Shown here piece after piece: positions 31,789-37,832 of a DNA stretch of 37,832 nucleotides (position 1 is its first letter; each line of letters opens with the position of its first letter). The stretch covers positions 1 to 37,832 of IMG/VR virus record IMGVR_UViG_3300017700_000436; one strand, written 5' to 3'. A program made the translations under genes and the position numbers. Below the pieces are notes generated by a model. The model was not told the origin of the DNA and did not search any database. It saw nothing but the letters and a program-made list of their open reading frames with translations. This DNA is from a virus. Its lineage: Duplodnaviria > Caudoviricetes.

Positions 31789-33309
31789 TTACCTCTTCGA
31801 GCTTTGCTCGTTTCTGCGGGTCGATGTCTGCACCGAGGACCGAACACCAAAAGCCTGCCGCGTCCTGCCGATCAGCGAGCCCAGCACATCGGCTTGATGA
31901 ACTAGGGTGGCCGACAGCAGGTCAGGCGAATCCACAACGGCCAGATTGACCAGCACCGGGCCTGCAGTCGTAGCCGAAGCGTCCAACAGGTCGGCCGCGT
32001 CCGTAACCGCCAACGTCGCCAGCAGCCGAACAACAGCAGCAGAGGCAAACACATCGTCTGCGTCAACAGCCGAACCAGCCGCAGACACCCGAACTGCCGC
32101 GGTCGATGCAACCGTATCCGGCGCATCCGTGACCGCCAGGCTCGCCGTAACCGGGGCCGATCCGACAAAGGCCGTCGATGCCAGCGTGTCCGCGGCATCT
32201 GTGCTGGCCAGCGTCGCAACGATCGCAACTACTGCCGACGATGCCGCCGTGTCGCTCGCATCAGTCCGCGCCAAGCTGGCAGCGATCGCAACCACCGCAG
32301 CCGAGGAAACCGTATCCGCCGTGTCAGTGACCGAAAGAGCGCAATCGACCGGCGCCGTTCCAATGACAGCCGATGCCGCCAGCGAGTCCGCAGCATCGGT
32401 CGTCGCCAGTGTGGCAACGATCGAGGCTGCGGCTGACGATGTGAGCGTGTCCGCCGCGTCCGTCCGTGCCAGCGTCGCTACGACCTGAACCGACCCAGCC
32501 GATGCGAGCGTGTCGGCAGCATCCGTGCTCGAGAGTGCTGCGCCAACCGCGACCGCAGCCGTGGCTGAAACCGTGTCGGCTGCGTCGGTGACCGACAGCG
32601 TGCAAAGAACATCTGTAGAACCGCCGCCAGTCGGGAACTCCCCCGGGTCAAGGGTGTATGCGCCCGTCGACCGGCCAACACCCTTGGTGACGCGGAACTC
32701 ATCGATGACACCATCGAACCACTGGTCGCCGCCACTAGCGCGCCCGATCAGTTTTCCCGTCGGAAGCGGAAGATCTACGGTGTACGCATACGAAGGCGTG
32801 GACAGAATGTCCGTTCGCCCATCGATCTGGCAATAGACCACGCCGCTGACGCGAGATATCCGACCTGTGTGGGGAAGCCCGTCGGTCAGGTAGCCGGCGC
32901 CTGGGTCGAACTCCAACCCCATGAACTCGATCTGTCGCCCGAACCAGCGTCGACGCAGAAACCACGATCCCGTGCCCTGGGCGATGGTCGTAAAAAAGTC
33001 AGGTCCTTGCTCTCCGCCTTCGGTGGCGAAATCAAGAGTGAAATCACCCGTCCCGAAGTGCCACCCACTCAGATTGCTCGTACTGCTGGCGTACATCGCG
33101 CCAGTATTTCCGGACAAATTGAGCGAGCCAGCCCCTTTGATCGCGCCCGTCGCAGACTGTGTAGCTCCGCCGTTCAGCGTCCAGACATCGTTTCCAGTCT
33201 CATCGATGACGGTAGAGCTACCTACGTTGTTGAAGCGCAGGTATGTGGTGACGTTCGCCCACTCGGGATCACCCGACGAACTGGCCGGCGCGTTCAGCAG
33301 TAGAAGCAT
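31789..33309 (-). CDS. virion fibre-like protein: LamG/ConA-like lectin domain + 11 Ala/Thr/Asp/Val-rich repeats
   Basis: DP.WANV..YLRFN...FGTGDFT....IG.......FDG.IDEFRVTKGVGR (LamG-like), then 11 repeats of VxAxLxxTDAADTxxxxAxV. Confidence 0.75.
   Translation of the reverse strand: MLLLLNAPASSSGDPEWANVTTYLRFNNVGSSTVIDETGNDVWTLNGGATQSATGAIKGAGSLNLSGNTGAMYASSTSNLSGWHFGTGDFTLDFATEGGEQGPDFFTTIAQGTGSWFLRRRWFGRQIEFMGLEFDPGAGYLTDGLPHTGRISRVSGVVYCQIDGRTDILSTPSYAYTVDLPLPTGKLIGRASGGDQWFDGVIDEFRVTKGVGRSTGAYTLDPGEFPTGGGSTDVLCTLSVTDAADTVSATAAVAVGAALSSTDAADTLASAGSVQVVATLARTDAADTLTSSAAASIVATLATTDAADSLAASAVIGTAPVDCALSVTDTADTVSSAAVVAIAASLARTDASDTAASSAVVAIVATLASTDAADTLASTAFVGSAPVTASLAVTDAPDTVASTAAVRVSAAGSAVDADDVFASAAVVRLLATLAVTDAADLLDASATTAGPVLVNLAVVDSPDLLSATLVHQADVLGSLIGRTRQAFGVRSSVQTSTRRNEQSSKR
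31896..32610 (-). repeat. 11 degenerate tandem coding repeats of 63-72 bp
   Basis: Protein-level period of 21 aa, extended to 23-24 aa in repeats 4, 7 and 10. Confidence 0.85.
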
Positions 33310-33326
33310 CGCCGCGCCTCAGCCGA

Positions 33327-33581
33327 TCAGTAGGTGAACGAGACCGTCTGCTGTTCCGTCACGTAGTCGATGTCGACCGTGGCCGAAATCGGCGAAATCT
33401 CGTTGATCGTCGCCACGCGCACGGTGATGTCGCCAGGCTGCGCGATCGCCAGACCAGGCAGATTGCCCATCCCCATGGTGACGGTCAGGCCGTCATCGGG
33501 AGTCGAGCATTCGATCGAGTTCTCCCCGTTGGCGTTTCCGTCGATGTCTCGGCTGACGATGATGACGACGCATGGCTTCAT
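33327..33581 (-). CDS. small beta-rich hypothetical protein
   Basis: 84-aa ORF filling the gap in the late operon. Confidence 0.65.
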   Translation of the reverse strand: MKPCVVIIVSRDIDGNANGENSIECSTPDDGLTVTMGMGNLPGLAIAQPGDITVRVATINEISPISATVDIDYVTEQQTVSFTY

Positions 33582-33591
33582 GGGACTGCTT

Positions 33592-34602
33592 TCAGATGTA
33601 CGAGGTCAGAACCTTGACCTGTGAGGCCGCGATTGCGGTGGTATCGGAATCGGCGGCAAGGTTGGTGATCGCAAATGCAATCCCAGTCGTGAAGCGGTGC
33701 CCCATAGGGCCAAGGTCGAAGTCGACATTGCCGCTGGCCGGGATGACCAGCGTCAGGACCGGGACATCAGTCCCAACCGTGGGCGCGCTGGCCTTGTTGT
33801 AGAGCTTCAGGAAAGCAGCAGCAGCACCTGTGTTGCTCGCGCCGATGTTGTAGAGCGTGCCCGCCGAGGTCTTGACCGATGTGGCATTGGTCGTCGCCGC
33901 GCTGTTCACGTTCGATGGCGTCGGCGTGGCCGGCGTGTTCGTCGTCGTGCCTGCAGTGGTCAGCGAGCCAGAAACAGGCTGCGTGCCGCTGATCTGGGCG
34001 CCAGGGATTGGCTCGGTCGCATACGGCGCCGGCTGGATGCGCCAGACAGCAGTTCCAGACGTGTGGGCGGTCGCCCGAACCCGGAAGTTCGTCAGACCGT
34101 TGACCGACAGCTCCCACGCATAGGCAGGAGCTGCAGACAGCGCGCCGGTCACCAGTTCGATCGTGTTCGCGTTGGTGCGGATGGCCTGCACCGCAAACCA
34201 CGACGTGCCGCTGTCAATCGAGCCCTCAAACGTGCAGTTGTGGCCGGCAAAGGTGCCCGTCACGTAGACCGTGATGTTCGACGTGCGCGAGACATCTGCA
34301 CTCACGTTCTGAGCCGATGCGGTGATCGATCCAGTCGTGGCAGCTTGGGAGCCAGGCTGCGCGGCGACCTTCAGGCGGCCAGCTTCATCGAAGACCAGCG
34401 GGTGAACGTCGCCATCAGCCGAAACCGGCGTGGTGTCAGCATCCCGACGCACGCCCGCGATCATCGACGCGATCGCCGTCAGCACAGCGGCAGCGTCGAG
34501 CACTTGCCCGGCGTCGGAACGGAATACCTGCGTGTGAACCCCAGCATTGTCGATCGTTCGGACGACCGACCCGGTAGCCGGGAGCGTGAGGTCGTTCGCC
34601 AT
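33592..34602 (-). CDS. beta-rich virion accessory protein (two jelly-roll-like domains), fibre/spike candidate
   Basis: TGTFAG...FEGS.D.GT.WF...FRVRATA.TSGTA domain and NATSVK.SAG.LY.I...N.......LKLYNKASAPTVGTD.PVLT..IPA....F.TGIAFAIT domain; Thr/Ala/Ser-rich. Confidence 0.7.
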   Translation of the reverse strand: MANDLTLPATGSVVRTIDNAGVHTQVFRSDAGQVLDAAAVLTAIASMIAGVRRDADTTPVSADGDVHPLVFDEAGRLKVAAQPGSQAATTGSITASAQNVSADVSRTSNITVYVTGTFAGHNCTFEGSIDSGTSWFAVQAIRTNANTIELVTGALSAAPAYAWELSVNGLTNFRVRATAHTSGTAVWRIQPAPYATEPIPGAQISGTQPVSGSLTTAGTTTNTPATPTPSNVNSAATTNATSVKTSAGTLYNIGASNTGAAAAFLKLYNKASAPTVGTDVPVLTLVIPASGNVDFDLGPMGHRFTTGIAFAITNLAADSDTTAIAASQVKVLTSYI

Positions 34603-35006
34603 CAGCCGTTACCGCGGGTGATCGTGAAGGTGCTGATCGTGACCGTCTGAGCGTTCGCGATGCTGTTGTTGTCGGGCACCATCTCTTGGCCGACGCCGAA
34701 GGTGCCTTGAACCTTGGCCGTGGTGCCGGTCGATTCAAAGATGCGGAAGAACGTGCCTGGCGTGCCCGTGCTCGCGCCGGATTGGCCGGTCAAGGTCCAG
34801 GTGCCAGCCTTGGCAACGACGCCGCCAGAGCTTGCCGCCATCCAGTCGGATGGAAGCGTGCCCTGCGCAAGCAGCGTGTTGCCGGACAGAGCGGCGGCGA
34901 CGTTGGCCGGCGCGGTGCCGTTGTAGACGCGGAGAACTGGCGCGGTGCCCACCGTGCTCTCGACGGCGTTGTTCTGCGCATCGCGGATGTCAGATGAATA
35001 TTGCAT
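34602..35006 (-). CDS. 134-aa beta-rich virion protein
   Basis: LRVYNGTAPA.....LSGNTLLA...GT.GTFFRI....QGT......DN.SIA..QTVTISTFTIT.GN; AGGA RBS. Confidence 0.8.
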   Translation of the reverse strand: MQYSSDIRDAQNNAVESTVGTAPVLRVYNGTAPANVAAALSGNTLLAQGTLPSDWMAASSGGVVAKAGTWTLTGQSGASTGTPGTFFRIFESTGTTAKVQGTFGVGQEMVPDNNSIANAQTVTISTFTITRGNG

Positions 35007-35033
35007 GGTGGTCCTAGCTAGTCAGCACAAAGC

Positions 35034-35056
35034 AAAACGCCCTCACAGGGAGGGCG
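35034..35056 (-). terminator. terminator-like hairpin upstream of the 134-aa gene
   Basis: CGCCCTC-CCTGT-GAGGGCG-TTTTGCTTT. Confidence 0.7.
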
Positions 35057-35084
35057 CTTCACTTGATGGCCTGGGGTCAGGCAG

Positions 35085-35270
35085 TTACTTGGCTTTCGCC
35101 TTGCCCTTGGGCTCTTCGACGGCCTTGGCCTTCGTGTACTTCGCGGCGCTGGCGTCTTCGACCAGGTGCTTGGCGAACTCCGGCGACGTGCGCAGGATGT
35201 CGCCTTGCGACAGAACGCCGTATTGCTGGGTGACGGTCTGCGTCAGAATTTCGACTTCGACGAGTTCCAT
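35085..35270 (-). CDS. small capsid-adjacent protein (61 aa, Lys-rich tail)
   Basis: G.L..GD.......AKHLVE...A.Y motif typical of genes just after HK97 capsid genes; AGGA RBS. Confidence 0.75.
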   Translation of the reverse strand: MELVEVEILTQTVTQQYGVLSQGDILRTSPEFAKHLVEDASAAKYTKAKAVEEPKGKAKAK

Positions 35271-35318
35271 GGTGTTTCCTTGAAGAAGGGGCCAGCCGAA
35301 GCCGGCCCCGTTTCAGAC

Positions 35319-36482
35319 TTACGCCGGGACCAGCAGGCCGAAGCGAGCGGCAGCCGGCTTTTCAACCGTCAGCGCCAGACGACGTTCCGCGCGGATCGTG
35401 ATCAGGTTGAGCTGGAAGTTGTTCTCGTCGCTGTCCGACATCTCGACCACGACGCCTTCGCGAATCCACAGGGTGGCCGCTTGTGCGAGGTTGCCGATCC
35501 AGACGCTGCCGGCCGTCATGGCGTTAGATGCCACGACGTTCGCGCCGAACAGTTGCGGCACAGCGGCCGAGCCCGGTTCGCCGAGCAGGTAGCGGCCTTG
35601 CGTGTCCTTCGCGAGGCGCATCTTCCACCAGTCGCCCGTGTTCAGGATCACGGTGTCGGCCGGGTAGTCGGCCAGTGCCGAATCGCCCATGGCCGCGCCG
35701 ATCAGGTCGAAGCGGTTGTTGGCGAGGCCGGCAGCGGTCAGCGAAGCGGCGGTGTAGCCGTGTGCGGTGAAGTTACCGGTGTTCAGCAGACCGTTGATGT
35801 TCGGCGCGGTGCCGTTGCCAACGAGAAGCTGGTTTTCGACACGGAGGTTCACACCGTAGACCATGCGGCGGTTGATGTACGCGGCCAGGGCGGCGTTGTC
35901 CATCGCGAGCTGGCGCGTGATCTTGATCCAGTGGGCAACCGTCGAAACGGGCATGGTGCCGGTCGTGAAGGTCAGGCTGGATTGCGGCTTGGCGACGCCT
36001 TCAGCGGTTTCCGCCGCGGCGTTGGTGAACACGTTTTCACGCACCCAGTCGATCGACGGCGCCGAGGTCGGGATCTTCGTCAGGAGGTCTTCGATCGTGA
36101 ACAGGCGGAAGGCTCCTTCGACGATGCCAGGACGGCGCTCGCTGTAGGTGTTGCCGATCGCGTTCGTGATCGTGTTCTTGACTTCGATGCGGGTCCGGCC
36201 GCGGGCATCGGCCTTCTTGAACGACTCGAAGTCGGCGCTCTTGACGAACTGCTCGCCGTAGCCGTCTTCCTGCTTGGGCAGATCGTTGGTGGCCTTGCGC
36301 TCTTGCTCGAGCTTCACCAGGCGGTCGGCCAGCTCGCGCTGCTCGGTGCCGATGTTGTCGAGAGCGGTCTTGGTGTCAGTCGTGACCTTGCCCAGAGACT
36401 TCATTTCGCCGTCAGCCTTTTCGGACATGGCGGAGAGTTTGGTTTCGACTGCGTCGATGGCTTTCAGGATTGCGTCGGACAT
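35319..36482 (-). CDS. major capsid protein, HK97 fold with N-terminal delta (scaffold) domain
   Basis: Coiled-coil N-terminus; AEG..KP.S.LTF......V.TVAHW....RQ...D...L..YIN.R..YG......QLL.GNGT..N..GL; NF..NL.TIRAE.RLAL.V..PAA. Confidence 0.95.
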   Translation of the reverse strand: MSDAILKAIDAVETKLSAMSEKADGEMKSLGKVTTDTKTALDNIGTEQRELADRLVKLEQERKATNDLPKQEDGYGEQFVKSADFESFKKADARGRTRIEVKNTITNAIGNTYSERRPGIVEGAFRLFTIEDLLTKIPTSAPSIDWVRENVFTNAAAETAEGVAKPQSSLTFTTGTMPVSTVAHWIKITRQLAMDNAALAAYINRRMVYGVNLRVENQLLVGNGTAPNINGLLNTGNFTAHGYTAASLTAAGLANNRFDLIGAAMGDSALADYPADTVILNTGDWWKMRLAKDTQGRYLLGEPGSAAVPQLFGANVVASNAMTAGSVWIGNLAQAATLWIREGVVVEMSDSDENNFQLNLITIRAERRLALTVEKPAAARFGLLVPA

Positions 36483-36500
36483 GGTGTCCCTTTCAGAAAT

Positions 36501-36525
36501 GAAAAAGCCGCCTTAGCGGGCGGCT
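36501..36525 (-). terminator. terminator-like hairpin upstream of the capsid gene
   Basis: AGCCGCC-CGCTAA-GGCGGCT-TTTTCATTT. Confidence 0.7.
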
Positions 36526-36546
36526 GGATTGCAGGGTTTGCGCGGT

Positions 36547-37218
36547 TTAGGCGCTCAGTTTCTGGAGTCTTGCGAGCACCAGTGCGTCAAACTTCGCGGC
36601 AGCAATCTCAGTGGCATCCCGCCCTTCGATTGCCTTCGCGCGAGAGACGATCGCCATCGCCTGCTCTTTAGCAAACCCTGCATCCCGCAAGAAGTGCTCG
36701 TAATCACGCCACGTATCGATCTCGGCGATACGGGCTTGGAAGTCCATGCTTTTCACGCTCGAGAGATCGACGCGAGCGAAGGAGTCAGCGGGGAAGGTCA
36801 CGATTGAGGTCTCTGCCAAGCGCGATACCTTCTTAATCAGGCGGCCAGCGTCATTCGTCTCGTAGTCGCCCTTCTTCAGCATGTAGCCGATGGACATGGA
36901 GTCCACAGTGCCGTGCTTCAGTGCGGCCTTCACCTCTTGCGCCAGCGTGTTGCCCGGCGTGAACTCGCCCGTCAGCAACAGGCCGTAGTCGTCTTCCTTG
37001 GCGTCGACCCATTTGCCGATGGGAACCGCATCACTGATGTGGTTCCAAAACATTTTGGGCAGGCCGTTCTTCTCTAGCGTTTCGGCATATGCGCCCTTCA
37101 CGATCGTGTCGCCGTAGCTGTCGACGTTGCCGAACGTGGAGGCGTAGCCAGAGAACGTCGAGCCGGACGAATCCAGCTTGAACTGAGCTTCTGAGAGCGC
37201 GAGTGATTTATGTTGCAT
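36547..37218 (-). CDS. HK97-type prohead protease
   Basis: FSGYASTFGNVDSYGD.IVKGA, MFWNH...PIGKW, SMSIGY, L.ETSIVTFPA. Confidence 0.93.
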   Translation of the reverse strand: MQHKSLALSEAQFKLDSSGSTFSGYASTFGNVDSYGDTIVKGAYAETLEKNGLPKMFWNHISDAVPIGKWVDAKEDDYGLLLTGEFTPGNTLAQEVKAALKHGTVDSMSIGYMLKKGDYETNDAGRLIKKVSRLAETSIVTFPADSFARVDLSSVKSMDFQARIAEIDTWRDYEHFLRDAGFAKEQAMAIVSRAKAIEGRDATEIAAAKFDALVLARLQKLSA

Positions 37219-37225
37219 TTCTTGC

Positions 37226-37261
37226 TTTCAACGTATGCCTGTTCGATATACACTCAGGCAT
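37226..37261 (+). promoter_or_regulatory. putative promoter with overlapping palindrome for the RHH/GIY-YIG cassette
   Basis: TTTCAA-17-TACACT (37226-37254), 5 nt before the ATG; ATGCCTG-N13-CAGGCAT at 37235-37261. Confidence 0.5.
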
Positions 37262-37394
37262 GAAACGAACTAGCTTATTCATACCGGAGCCGATGCTGGC
37301 TCGCCTGGGCGCCGTGTCCGAAAAAACCGGCCTGTCTGTCGCCGAGATCATCAGACGCGCGATCGACGCTCATCTGAAGAAGGCCGAAAAATGA
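37260..37394 (+). CDS. ribbon-helix-helix (CopG-like) regulator, 44 aa
   Basis: MKRTSLFIPEPMLARL...SEKTGLSVAEIIRRAIDAHL, a classic RHH pattern. Confidence 0.85.
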   Translation: MKRTSLFIPEPMLARLGAVSEKTGLSVAEIIRRAIDAHLKKAEK

Positions 37395-37832
37395 AGCTCT
37401 GCGGCATCTACCTGATCACGCACACCGAAACTGGCCTCAAGTACGTTGGCCAGAGCCTCAACATCAAGAGGCGTTGGCAGGGTCACGCACTTTCTAAGCT
37501 CGACACCTACCTAAGTCGCTCCATATCGATGCACGGATGGGCCGCCTTCACCACAGAAGTCCTAGAACTCTGTTCGCAGGAACAACTCAATGAGGCCGAG
37601 GCACGGTGGATATCAATCCACGACTGCATCTCGCCCAAGGGCTTCAACCTCACCAGCGGCGGAGAACTCCGCATTCCGAATGAAGAGACTCGCGCCAAGA
37701 TGGCCGCGGCCAAGAGAGGCAAGCCGATGCACCCGAGAACTCGCGCTCGGATGGCCGAAATTCACATCGGCCGAAAGCTGACACCAGAATCGAAGGCCAA
37801 GACTTCAGCCGCCCTTAAAGGCCGCGTCTTCA
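37391..37832 (+). CDS. GIY-YIG homing endonuclease with NUMOD3-like repeats (3'-truncated by the window)
   Basis: Manual translation MKLCGIYLITHTETGLKYVGQSLNIKRRWQGH...LNEAEARWI......PKGFNLTSGG...EETRAKMAAAKRGK...TPESKAKTSAALKGR; open to the window end, so absent from the ORF track. Confidence 0.9.
   Translation, partial: MKLCGIYLITHTETGLKYVGQSLNIKRRWQGHALSKLDTYLSRSISMHGWAAFTTEVLELCSQEQLNEAEARWISIHDCISPKGFNLTSGGELRIPNEETRAKMAAAKRGKPMHPRTRARMAEIHIGRKLTPESKAKTSAALKGRVF

Noticed and set aside
35166-36671. 501-aa plus-strand ORF, and similar long antisense ORFs (27857-28816, 33697-34650, 12970-13944, 14954-15832)
   Set aside because: Shadows of well-supported genes on the other strand, expected in GC-rich DNA with biased codon usage; no motifs or RBS.
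37238-37258. SOS (LexA) box at the RHH promoter
   Set aside because: CTG and CAG are 13 nt apart rather than the 10 required by CTG-N10-CAG.

Overview
Most of the genome of a GC-rich temperate siphophage with an HK97-type head and a lambdoid regulatory layout. The host is probably a Betaproteobacterium (inference from gene content). The phage appears to be in its excised or virion configuration: an attP (3' 49 nt of a tRNA-Arg(TCT), with arm repeats and an IHF site) lies internally between the integrase and the lysis cassette. Left to right: (i) late leader, late promoter and Q-like antiterminator; (ii) the minus-strand early operon (nin-like genes, NinB, mini-SSB, N6/N4 DNA methyltransferase, replication initiator, CII-like, Cro); (iii) immunity region (repressor, lipoprotein, paired operators); (iv) the plus-strand early operon (many small genes, Sak3-type recombinase, PAPS-reductase-like enzyme, C5 methyltransferase, Xis, Int); (v) attP; (vi) the minus-strand late operon, seen from its end: spanins, endolysin, holin, tail, connectors, an accessory fibre-like 4-gene block, capsid and protease; (vii) an antisense RHH + GIY-YIG cassette cut off by the window end. 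Terminase and portal are outside the window. Most notable: a C5 methyltransferase apparently split over two fully overlapping reading frames (16028-16795 and 16032-16757), and a four-gene block between capsid and connector genes that includes a LamG-like + 11x21-aa repeat protein and may build a head or neck fibre. All family assignments come from motif recognition by eye; no database searches were run.
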